Shown here: in pieces, positions 14,023-26,600 of the stretch | How the letters are laid out: each line of letters opens with the position of its first letter | Position numbering within the stretch: position 1 is the first letter of the stretch | Assembly (NCBI GenBank): GCA_051362555.1 | Contig: CM120649.1 | Coordinates: 9,982,001 to 10,046,000 of the forward strand | Reading direction: 5' to 3' | From: Lingula anatina | Lineage: Eukaryota; Animalia; Brachiopoda | DNA: 64,000 bases | The notes under the pieces: model-generated | What the model was told of the DNA's origin: nothing | Databases searched by the model: none | Seen by the model: only the letters and a program-made list of their open reading frames with translations | Position numbers and translations under genes: made by a program

Positions 14023-15630
14023 TTATTGTCGTCTGCTTTTTGTGCACTTTGTACAATACATGTCATCTTGTTTTAAGGCGGTGTCTGTTGCGCCTTTACA
14101 TAGAGGATGGTATTCTTTATTGCAACCGTCATAAATGACATACAGGGTGTGTGTATCTGGCAGCTGGCATTCACAGTAGAAATTGACTGCGACTGAGTTT
14201 TTTTCACACGATTTTTAATTTTACGCCTGCTTATAATAGGAAAAAGCAATAGATGACGTCTTTTTTAACAAAAAAATGAATGTGGACTAAGTTTTTTGTG
14301 GTCATACTTCATGGTTGTTGGATCTTTGCCGTTCGCCAATGTAACCATATTCGCTATGATGTATAAACCACAATTGTAGTTTACTAGTTGTTATTTTGTT
14401 GGGTTACCGCAAAACGTTAATTTGTAGAGTTCTTGACGATGCCATGGTGCTATCAATGTCGCAATGCACATTTGTTCCATGGTTGGAATGTCACTGAAAG
14501 AAGAATCGCATATATTCAGCGTATATGGGACACACCCCTATGTTTGAAACTGTGAGCCAATGTGTTCCGCGGTCTGGTGTTCAGTTTATTATTTGGATAA
14601 ATCTATTTTTGTGACTCTTGAAATCTAACTGTACTGCCAGTGAACATGACTAGAGTCTTTCTGGAAGCGGGAATTGGTGTTTAATGTTATATCATGACAA
14701 GCGTCGATTATCGTTCCATTCAGCCAACCACAAGGGTCAGTGATTATATCGCGGTCTCTGATGTTCAAATTTTCATTAATAATATTCCTATCAGCCGGGA
14801 TTGACACTTCTCCGCTGTAGCTGATGTCCCTGATGTCCCATCCATTAAAGTGAGTAAAGTGTTCCATTCCGTGGCTGTTGTCTGTATGTTCCGTTCCGTA
14901 GCTGCTGTCAGAGTATTCCGTGTCCCGAGTAGAGTGTTCTGTTCCGCACAATCGATGGGGGCTTCTTTCCACCCTTGTATGTCACGAAGCAGCCACTTAA
15001 ACTCTTCTTACTGATTAGTTCTTATTCTGATATCATCGACAAAATATTTCATAATACTGGGGGCCATTTTTGTTCGCAACATTGTAGTATGATAGAATAG
15101 TTGTCTTCAGTCTGGGAGCGCAAAAGAGCATATAGGTCGTTGATGATTATGTTCCGGGTATTTACAAGAACCCCGTCGGCGATCATTTTGCGTTGGAACT
15201 CTTCAGATGACTCAAGAAGAACAATAGGAAATTGTATTTATAAAAGAAGACACAACGTCAGTTGTGCTCTGATTTATAATCATCTCACCTGCCATCGCAA
15301 AATGTTGCATCATTACAGATGAAAAAGTTAAAGTGGATGACGGCAATCAATCTCGTCTGTTTTCCAAAAGCACTTTTTATCTGCAGCCAAGTCTATATAT
15401 CATGCTATCGTCGCATTGTGACAAGCACATTGCATCGTGATGTGAACAGTGAACAACTGACACAGTCGATATCACATACGTATCCTTCATTTCAAATGTT
15501 TTATCCTGATGACGTTTTGCAATCATGGCAGAATTACCATTTAAGAATGCCCTGACTGAAGATGACACCCAGTGTACAGAAAGTTGGATGAAATTTTCGG
15601 TTTTTCATCATCACCTTTCGCTGACGCCAT
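14023..15630 (-). pseudogene. Decayed Ulp1-like (C48) cysteine protease + PHD finger ORF, probably transposon-derived, copy A
   Basis: Minus-strand fragments in order: GWLNGTIIDAC, RFIQIIN*TPDRGTHWLTVSN (catalytic His), QLVNYNCGLYIIANM (catalytic Cys), FYCECQLPD..YDGCNKEYHPLC..MYCTKC (PHD with one Cys changed to Tyr). Several stops and frameshifts. The 5' limit (ATG 15630, MASAKGDDEK) is tentative. Confidence 0.75.
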
Positions 15631-16189
15631 GTTAACATTGAGTATAGATGGCGCTGTGCAAGAGGTGAGACTTGTGGTTTGCACCATAGACCCCAACCGA
15701 TATCAGTCAGCCTGCTTCCTAAAAAAAACCGTGCAAGGATGGGGGCATAAGCATCTTACACAGGATAACCAGGCTCTAGTTGTGTGTGATATAGTGTGAT
15801 TTGTAAAGCAGAGAGAGTCACGTCGAGACCGTCAAAATAGCGCCATTCCTATTGGTTTAAAGTTAAGGAACAATACAGGAGCTGTCCAATCAAATTTCTT
15901 TATACAGTAATTATTCCTGTTTATTGTTTTAGTAAACAAAGCAAAGATATAATTTTGCACAGTAGCTGGTAAGTTAAATTTTTGTTCAAAATTGACCATG
16001 AAAGTTTGTATCCAAGTTTTTTTATATGATAAATTTATTCTAAATGAAATTTTGGAGAATTTCCTGTTACACAACGTCAATTTTTTGCTGATAATCCCAA
16101 TATAATGGAGTGTATCACTACAAAAGAAAGATGCAACTGAAATCTGTTATTGGAACATGTTAAAGTATGATTTGATTTATTTATTGCAG

Positions 16190-17602
16190 ATGTCAGTTAA
16201 TATGGAAATTGAAAATAACAAAGAAGAGCAGTGTGCTCGTAAGTTGTGTGTACTGTATGTGTGCGTGCATGCACGAGAAGTTATTCATATATATTATCAG
16301 GCTGTACACTGTATGAGTCATAGACTGAGTTCCCATACCTAGATCGATCTAACAGGGCCGATCCATCTCCAAGGGGTTTCTCCCAAAATTGCTTTCATCT
16401 TAAGCGTCTTAGATGTCTGCCACTCCTACTGAAGGTGCTAAATGATCATTAATATCCCCCTAGCAGCTTCTGGCACACATCTAAGCTGCTTAAGTTGATT
16501 GCAATTTAGGGAGAAACCTCTTGGAGATGGATTGATAATCTATATAAGATAGATCTAGGTATGGGGACCAAGTCTAATACATGTTCTACCAAATCAATAC
16601 ATTGTCCTAAACTGCTTTTGCATACTTTTCAATGTTCTTATATAAATGAAAAAGAAATTGACTTACTTATTCATAATAAGAATGCAATATATCCCTTTTT
16701 TATATTTAGTGAGTGATTTGAATGTCTGCAATTACAACATCAAAAAGATATATTGACAAGATTTCTTTCTATTTTCTGTTTCATTTTGAACAGCCATGGC
16801 CACTGTTCGAATACTCCTAAAGGACAATATCTTAAAAGCCAAAGCAGTGGGCAGAGGAACTGCCCTTGGAACATGGGACACCCAACGTGGTGTAAACCTT
16901 GCTAGGTGCACCGAGTTAGGTGTCCCTGTTCTAAGGGCGGAAGTTCTTCTGCCCAAGGCTGCAAATATAGAGTGGAAGTTTGTTAGACCGCAAAACGTAA
17001 GTATATTATATTAATTTATTTGTAATGACAAATGAACTGAGATGAAAACAAGGCAGCAAAGCTGTCAAATGTACAGACAAAAAAACAGAAAATAAAGATG
17101 CAAAATAGCTCATTTTGTCAATTTTGATGCAATAATAAATAATGCTTATAATAACACAGTCAGTTAACACTGATTTTTAATCATGCACAACAGGTAACAT
17201 GGTCAATAACAGGAGCAGATCCAGAGATATTTTCTGACAGTATTCCAAAGTATCTTTGTTGATCCATCCTACACTTTTGATGGTCTTCCAACAGAAAAAA
17301 AATTGATACCAGTTAATGTAAACTTTAAAATCTGACCTTCACCTGAAAGACCCAGAAGACGGCCTCAATCCATCCCTGCAATAAGATTACAGTTTCTGGA
17401 CTATGAGAGTTCAAATTCACATAATGAAAATCCCAATATTTGAAAATGTTGACAGTGCATAAAATAATATTACATAATGTTTAAAGACATAAAAACCTAT
17501 GCAACTGCTTATGTGGAAATACAGAAAATCTGAAGAGCTTCAGGTGGATGGGAGTTGAAAATTCCAGTGTTTAGAAAAAAAATTAAAAAGAAAATACACA
17601 CA

Positions 17603-17645
<43 letters not shown>

Positions 17646-20600
17646 CCAATAAAGCTGCTATTCAAACTTTTAATCTTGCTGTATTAACATGATATGAATA
17701 ACCCCGATGTGTTTGAGGATAATAAGGCACTGTTATTCATCTATAGCATTAATGTTGGCATTACAAATTTTTTTTTTCTTTTGTAAACTTATTTGCAGTA
17801 TTAAACAACATTTACCTGCATAATTATCACCAATTCCTAATTATGTGACACAGTTAAGAGAGCTTAACCTATAGAAAATGGGTCATTTTGTCAATTTTGA
17901 TGCAATAATAAATAATGCTTATAATAGCACTGTCAATCAACACTGAATTTTAATCATGCACAACAGGTAACATGCTCAATAATAGGAGCAGATCCAGAGG
18001 TATTTTCTGACAGTATTCCAAATTATATTTGTTGATCCATCCTACACTTTTGATGGTCTTCCAACAGAAAAAAATTGATACCAGTCAATGTAAACTTTAA
18101 AATCTGACCGTCATCTGAAAGACCCAGAAGACGGCCTCAATCCACCCCTGCAATAAGATTATAGTTTCTGGACCATGAGAGTTCAAATTCACATAATGAA
18201 AATCCCAATATTTGAAAAATGTTGACAGTGCATAAAATAATATTACATATTGTTTAAATACATAAAAACCTATGCAACTGCTTATGTGGAAATACAGAAA
18301 ATCTGAAGAGCTTCAGGTGGATGGGAGTTGAAAATGCCAGTGTTTAGAAAAAAATTAAAAAGAAAACACAAAAAAAAAAATCCAATGCTATTCAAACTTT
18401 TAATCTTGCTGTATTAACATGATATGAATAATCCCAATGTGTTTGAGGATAATAAGGCACTGTTATTCATCTATAGCATTAATGTTGGCATTACAATTTT
18501 TTTTTCTTTTGTAAACTTATTTGCAATATTAAACAACAATATTTACCTGCATAATTTTCACCAATTCCTAATTATGTGACACAGTTAAGAGAGCTTACCC
18601 TATAGGACTTGAATGGGAAATCTCAACGTGTGTTTTATGTAATCTTATTTAATGGGCACTTGAAAATCAATTAGGCAAGTAATTTTATAGCTCTGAATTT
18701 AGCTAGTGATTATCCCAAGGGACAATTACCACCATCCATAAACAGTAGCCCCATATAGCACTCCATAGAGCTGCATTGCTTCCAAAACAGAAAACAATCA
18801 CACTGATTTCCAACACAAGCTACACTTCAGTCCTATGAAACTTTTCAGTAAGTTAGAATATCATAAGTAAAATGGTTTTTCCTTAATGGTCATCCCAGCA
18901 GCGATGTCCAAAAAAGTTTTTTTTTTCCATCTTTTATGCAATTTAACATAATGCTTAACAGCACAATGGCCATCAATTTTTAATAATAAAGAAAATGTAT
19001 CATAGCTATTCAAAAGATGTGACTAGCAATGGTATTCAAGCCAATGGAAGTTCAAAGACTAAGTCACACCTTGAAAATGTCCATATGTGAAAATTTTTAT
19101 TGTAACAAAAAACTATATAATTTCCAAGAAAGTTAACCGATGTAACAGGTTTTCCAACTGAAGCTATAATTTAGTGCTATGCTACATTTCTGTAAGTTTG
19201 AGAAGAGTAAGTGACTTGGTTTTCCTTTAATGGTCACTATGGAGGCATTGTCTAAAATGGGGTTGTCTTCAATTTTGATGCAATGTTACATAATGCTTAA
19301 CAGCATAATGACCATCAATTTTTAATAATAAAATAAAAGTATCATGGATATTCAGAAAATTTGATATGGAAGGGTCTTCAGGGCCATGGAAGTTCAGAGT
19401 CACAACTTCAAAATGCCAAAATGTACACAAGAGATAACTGTACTGAAATGAATTTCTTTCCACTTTCAACACTTTTTTACATATATCAAAATAATCAATT
19501 TACTGTTGTTTTTAAATGATCAACTAAGAAAGTTGTTGACATAGGAAAAATATCAATAGAACAATTTTAAATGTCCAATTTGTTCCATTCTGAGATTCTG
19601 AACATGGTGAATGATTGAATCTGACAAACTGTAAAGATATGAGTTTATTTCCATTTTTGACACTTTATTACAAAATGCACAATAACAGGTTTACCATCAT
19701 TTTTATATAATCAACTAACAATATCGTAAAGATGCAGAAAATGTCAAAAGAACACCTTTACATTACTAATTAGTTCACAAATGAGATTGTTAACATGCCT
19801 AAGAATTAAATCCGAGGAAAAAAGACTTATATACAAAAAAAGGCACAATTTCACCAAAACTGAACCAATCAAGCTTATTTTCGAACCTCATCTGTATTTT
19901 AGTAACTCTGATCACCCCTGTGAATTTCAAGACGATTGGCCAATTGATTTTCCTTGAAATGTGTTATCGGTGTTGCACATATGCTGAAATAGTGAAAAAA
20001 CAGCATAACTTCCATAAAAATGGCCTGATCAGACTGATTTTCGAACTTGACCTGCGTATTATGAATATTCATCATTTCAGAAACTTATAAGCCAAAAAAT
20101 AAAATGATTTTTCGCTTATCGTGTTATTGGTGTTGCATTTATGCTGAAAAAAATGAAAAAATGATATAACTTCCACAAACATGGCCCGATCATGCTGATT
20201 TTCGGACTTGACCTGCGTATTAAGAATATTCATCAGTTCTGTAAGTTTCAAGCCAAAAGGTAAAATGGTTTTTCACTTATCGTGTTATCGGTGTTGCATT
20301 TATGCTGAAAAAAATGAAAAAATAGCATAACTTCCACAAATATGGCCTGATCATGCTGATTTTCGAACTTGACCTGCGTATTATGAATATTCATCAGTTT
20401 TGTAAGTTTCAAGCCAAAAAGTAAAATGGTTTTCCACGTATTGTGTTATCGGTGCTGCATATATGCTGAAAAAAGTGAACAAGGCAGCCTCCTTGGCAGA
20501 GGTAAATATAATTCCAAAGAAGCTGCTATTCAAACTTTTAATCTTTGAGTTTGATATATATATATATATACAATCATAAGTAACATGGTTTTCCCATAAT

Positions 20601-23600
20601 GGTCATCATGGCAGCAGCACCAAAAATTGTGTTTTCTTCTATTTTGATGCAACATTACATAATGCTTAACAGCAAAATGACCATCAATTTTTAATAATAA
20701 AATATACATGTCATGGATTTTCAGAAAATGTGACTAGTATGGGTCTTCAAGCCTGTGGAGGTTCTAAGTTGCACCTTGAAATTGCCAATAAGTGAAAAAT
20801 TAAATTTTCACAAAAAACTGCCAGAGAAATTTACCAAACAGTATGCATTGCCTACTGAGGCTGTATGTTAGACCCATGTTTCTTTCTTGTAAGTTTGAGA
20901 ACAGCAAGTGACATGTTTTCCCTTAAATGGTCATCATAGGAGCAGTGCCCAAAATAGGTTTTTTTCAAATTTTGATGCAATATTACATAATGTTTAACAG
21001 CATGATGACCATCAATTTTTAAGAATAAAATATTAGTATCATGGATATTCAGAAAATGTGACTAGCAAAGGTCTTCAGGCCCATGGAACTTCAAAGTCAC
21101 ATCTTGAAAATGCCAAAATGTAAACAAGACAGCACTGTTCTGAAATGTTTTTTTTTTCCCATTTTTAACAATTTTTAACATAAAACAAAATTAACAGTTT
21201 ACTGCCATTTTTATATTATCAACTAAGAAAATTGATGAGATGGGAAAAATATCAACAGAGCAGTGTTAAATGTCCAATTTCCTCCATTCTGAGATTCTGA
21301 ACATAGTGGATGATTGAATCTGACAAACTGCAATGATATGAGTTTATTTCCATTTTTGACACTTTATTACACAATACATGATAACAAGTTTACCATGTTT
21401 TTTTACATAATCAACTAACAAGGGGAGGTGAGTCAAGATGGCGGCATAACGTGAGTAACCTGCTCGTAGCTCCTCGCTAATGTCAGTTTTGTGTCTGTCT
21501 GTGTAGACTTTGATCAAAATGCCAGGTGACAGGAAAAAATCAACTCAATCAACAATCGACCAATACAAGAATCAGAAAAAAGAGTCTGCTGAAAAGCCAT
21601 CAAAAAAGGAAAAACGGAGTCACTCCGACGTGGCAGAAGAGAGCATGGAGGGGGCGGACCTTGACTCTCAACTAGCCAGCATCCACGGTGACCTGGCCGG
21701 CATAAAAGAGGTATTGAGTTCTTTAGTCACTAAGGATGAAATAAGTGACATCGTAGCAACAATAACCGATCAAATGCTAGAAAAACAATATGAACTCATA
21801 CAAAGTGAGATGAAAATAAGAATTGCCGAGGTCACGGGTAAAATGCAAGACAAAATTGACTCACTATTGCTAGAAAATGAAAACCTTAAAGAGAAACTGA
21901 ATGAGAAAGAAAAGAAACTAAAAGATCTGGAGGAAAGGGTCGTTCAAAATCATGCTAGATCAACTGAAGCAATCAAACAAACTAACTACAACGAGCAATA
22001 CTCGAGAAAATTAAATGTAAGAGTCCTAAACTTCCCCCCTTGCAACAAAGAAAATTTAAGAAGTGACTTCCCTGAATTTCTCAAGAAAGAAATCAACATT
22101 GAACTGGCCCCCCATGATATAACTGCAATTCATAGAATCCCAGGCAGAGAGGGACAACATCAGCCAGTCATTGTAAAATTGAGAAATAATGACATAAAAA
22201 GATCAATTATGACCAAGAAAAAGGAAATAAAATCAAGTGTGAGGCTCTACGATGATATTACCCATAGAAACCTGGCCCTTATGTCCAAAATAAGGCAGAC
22301 TGGATTAGTGGACTATGTCTGGTTCTACAATGGAGGAGTTTATGCCCAAAAGTCCACTGGGAAAAGAATTAAATTTGACCTTTTTGACAATATAGAAGAA
22401 AAAATAAAGAAGTATCGTGGCTCATAATCCACCTACATGTACAATGTAAACAGTAGACTGAATACAGTGTACTTATGAACTGTGGTAAACGAAATAACTG
22501 TAACTTATTGCTTCTTCTACCTGAACAATACACTGTGTTTAATTTACCAATAATGTAATGTAGAAGCCATATGTATATTTATTGTACGTAATATTTTTCA
22601 GATTACTTTCTCCTTGATGACTATTATTTGGTTGACTGACACAGCTTGAGCTGCAAGACCTGAGTAGACATCACTCCGGTTGTACTGTATCTATTATGTT
22701 CCCTGTGCAAGGGTATAGAAATTATTCATTCATGCGTGTGTGTGTGATTGTGTATGCTTGCGTAAAATTATGGTTGGTAGCACATTACTATGAGATGCTC
22801 ACTGTTAGCTTCCTATCTTTGTTCTATTGTGAAGAAAGGAACACTCTTACATGTATATCACGGCATGTTAGATTTAGGAATGTCAAACTAGAATACTCCT
22901 CTCAGTCATACTATCATTGCTGTACTCGAGCATATTCTCTTTCAATAACATAAAAAATGTACCTAATCATCGTATGCCCGTGAATAGCAGTGTATTATGT
23001 TTACTAACAGGTTTTTTTTTTTTTTTTTTTTACCACTTAGCATGAATTCAATTAAGATCGCTTCTATTAACTGTCAAGGCCTGAGAGACTCTACAAAGAG
23101 AAGAGATATTTTTCACTTCTACAGATCAAAGAAATATCATATAGTATGTTTGCAGGATACCCATTTTGACAGTCATGAAGAAAAAAGGATCTTATCAGAA
23201 TGGGGTTACAAAGCATATTTTAATTTCTTTTCTACTAACTCTCGGGGTGTTGCAATTTTAATAAATAATAATTTTGAATTCGAGTACCTTAAGGAATTTA
23301 AAACAAACGACGGCAATCTTTTAGCTCTTGATGTAAATATAGAAAAAAATAGATTCACATTAATCAACATTTATGGCCCGAACAAGGATACTCCAGATTT
23401 TTATGAACAGGTACGAGATATAATAATAGACTTTAATAATGAAAATTTCTTGATCTGCGGTGACTTTAATCTTACTTTAAACCCTGATATAGACACAGAA
23501 AATTATGCAAATGTGAATAACCCTAGAGCTAGGCAAAAATTACTTGAAGTTATGAATGACCTAAATATAATTGACTATTTCAGACTTCTCTACCCTGACG

Positions 23601-26600
23601 AGAGGAGATTCACATGGAGAAGAAGGAATCCCAGAAGGCAGGCTAGACTAGATTTCTTTTTAATTGCGGATAACCTTCAAAATTCAGTTTCTAATATTTC
23701 TATTAAGGCATCATACCGATCTGATCATTCACCCGTAATTTTAGAATTAAAGCTAAATAAATTTATTAAGGGCAAAGGCACTTGGGTATTTAACAGTTCC
23801 CTCTTAAAAGATGAGGAATATGTGAGTAAAGTGAAGGACATAATTAAGAGAACAAAAGTTCAATATGCAGTTCCGGTGTACGCCGAAGAAAATATTACAG
23901 AAATTCCAAACGAACAAATATCTTTCACTATTGATGACTCCTTATTTTTAGAAATGCTTTTAATGGAAATTAGAGGAATGACAATTTCCCATTCCTCTTT
24001 CAAGAAAAAACAAAGGGACAGGCAAGAATTAGAACTAGAAAGAGAAATTTATGTAATGGAAATGAACCACCCAAATGAAAATTCTTTGGACGAACTTGAG
24101 GCTAAGAGGGAGGCGTTGAAAAATATCAGACAAGAAAAACTAAAAGGAGTCCTCGTCCGAGCAAAATGCAGATGGATTGAGGAAGGAGAGAAGCCTACGA
24201 AATATTTTTGTTCACTTGAATCCAGAAATTATGTCAATAAAACTATTCAGAATTTAGAACTACCAGACGGAACAACAATATTTGATCAAAAACTTATACT
24301 AAATGAAGCAAAGTTATTTTATGAACGCCTTTACTCGTCAAAAACTAATCAATTAGAAGAGGTAGACCTAGAATTATTTTTTGCAAATTTAGATGTCCCC
24401 AAATTAAGCGAGCCTGATAAGGAATATTTACAAACCGAAATTACCTCAAAGGAACTTTTGAGGGTGCTGAAAAAAATGAAAAATAACAAATCGCCTGGAT
24501 CTGATGGCTTTACTGCAGAGTTTTATAAATTTTTTTGGAATGATTTACATAGTTTTATAATTAGAGCAGTTAATGAAATTTTCATCAATGAGAAAATGAT
24601 GGCGAGTCAAAATCTTGGGATTATAACCTGTATTCCAAAAGCCGATAAAATCAGAAAATTTATAAAAAATTGGAGGCCTATAACCCTTTTAAATGTTATT
24701 TACAAGATGATCTCGGGCTGCATAGCGGAAAGAATGAAACTCTATCTTGATAAAATTATTTCTAATTCTCAGTCCGGGTTTATTGCCGGAAGATATATTG
24801 GGGAAAATACAAGATTAATTTATGATCTAATGCATATCGCAGAAAAGAAAAATATTCCTGCTTTACTCATTCTTATCGATTTTGAAAAGGCCTTTGATTC
24901 TGTAGATTGGGGCTTTATTGATAAAGTTTTAGACTTTTTTAATTTTGGGGAAACTATAAAAAGGTGGTTTCATATCCTTAATTACGATAGCAAGGCCTCT
25001 GTTACACAAAACGGCCACTTGTCGGAGCCTTTCAAAATTTCGAGGGGCTGTCGTCAAGGGGACCCCTTGTCTCCCTATATCTTTCTGCTTTGTGCTGAGA
25101 TTCTCGCAATCATGATAAAGAATAATAAAGATATTTGCGGAATAAAACTTGGTGACACCGAATTTAAAATAACCCAGTATGCTGATGACACCACCCTTAT
25201 ATTAGATGGTAATAGGTCTTCTTTCTTAGAATCTTTCCGTACATTAGACTATTTCTCAAAAATTTCAGGTCTCCATATCAACAATAGCAAGACTAAACCA
25301 GTGTGGATTGGCTCAAGAAAATATAGTCGGGAAGTTTTTCACCACGTTAGATGGAAACTTGATTGGGGTTCGACTCAATTTAATCTCTTAGGTATAGAAT
25401 TCTCGGTAAATTTAAACGATATGGTCACTTTAAACTTTGATAAACAAATCCCGAAGATAGAGGGTATGATTCGGCATTGGAATAGAAGAATACTTACCCC
25501 TATTGGTAGAATTACTATCTTAAAAACCCTTATCATCCCAATGCTGAACCATCTTTTCATTTCTCTGCCAAATCCAGATCCAGTATTCATAAAAAAAACT
25601 AAGTTCCATTTTTTTCCAATTCATTTGGGGTAGCAAAATTGATAAGGTAAAGAGAGGTCAGATAGTAAAGGATTATGAATATGGTGGTCTAAAAATGACA
25701 GACTTAAGTAAATTCATAACGGCATTAAAATGTACATGGATAAGAAGACTATACCTTAAAAATAACGTTTATAACACTATTCTCCAGAGCACCTTTGATT
25801 TACAATCTATTTGGAATATATTTGACTATGGAAATGATTATTTAGATATACTCTTACGCAATTGCAATAACAGGTTTTGGAAAGATGTCATTATCTCCTG
25901 GAAAGATTTAACATACGGTGCAGAAGATATGAATAGCAATATTGCTCTTGAACCTCTGTGGTATAATAGAAAAGTAAAATTGGGTGGGGTATCAATATTG
26001 GACAAAGAATGGTACAATAAGGGTATAAGAATAATTGGCGATCTTTTCAACGAAGGAAAATTTTTAACCAAAGCTGAACTGGAAAGGAAATTTGGATTTC
26101 AAAGAGTATGTGATCTAAAATATTTTGGAATACGTAACAGTTTAAAATGTAGGCTAAATAACAATGAAGAAATTTTTGAAGATATTTTATTTCCTTATGT
26201 TCCTCAGCCGGTTCAGCTACTTATAAAGAGTCGAAATGGGTGTAAAGATTTCTATCAGGTTCTCATGAGTGAAGCTCCTGAAAACTTGGTACACGAAAGG
26301 AAATGGAACCTAGATCTAAATATAAATATCACTTGGAAGTATGTTTACAAGAATTGTTTCTATGTTACACGAGAAACAAAACTTCAATGGTTCCAATACA
26401 GAATAATTTTTAGAATCTTACCAGTTAGGTCATACCTGAAAAGAATCGGTATTGAGGTGTCAGAGAAATGCTTTATCTGTGGAGCGGAGAGGGAAGATTT
26501 GCGACATGTATTTTTAAATTGCTAGCGAATAAGAAACATTTGGACTGAAATGGAACGCTTGATTGCTAACAAAACTGATGAAAGAATTACACTCTATGAT

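Noticed and set aside
22696-22953. Third LINE ORF in the inter-ORF spacer
   Set aside because: 85 aa with no motif and a composition like non-coding DNA; cannot be supported without family conservation.
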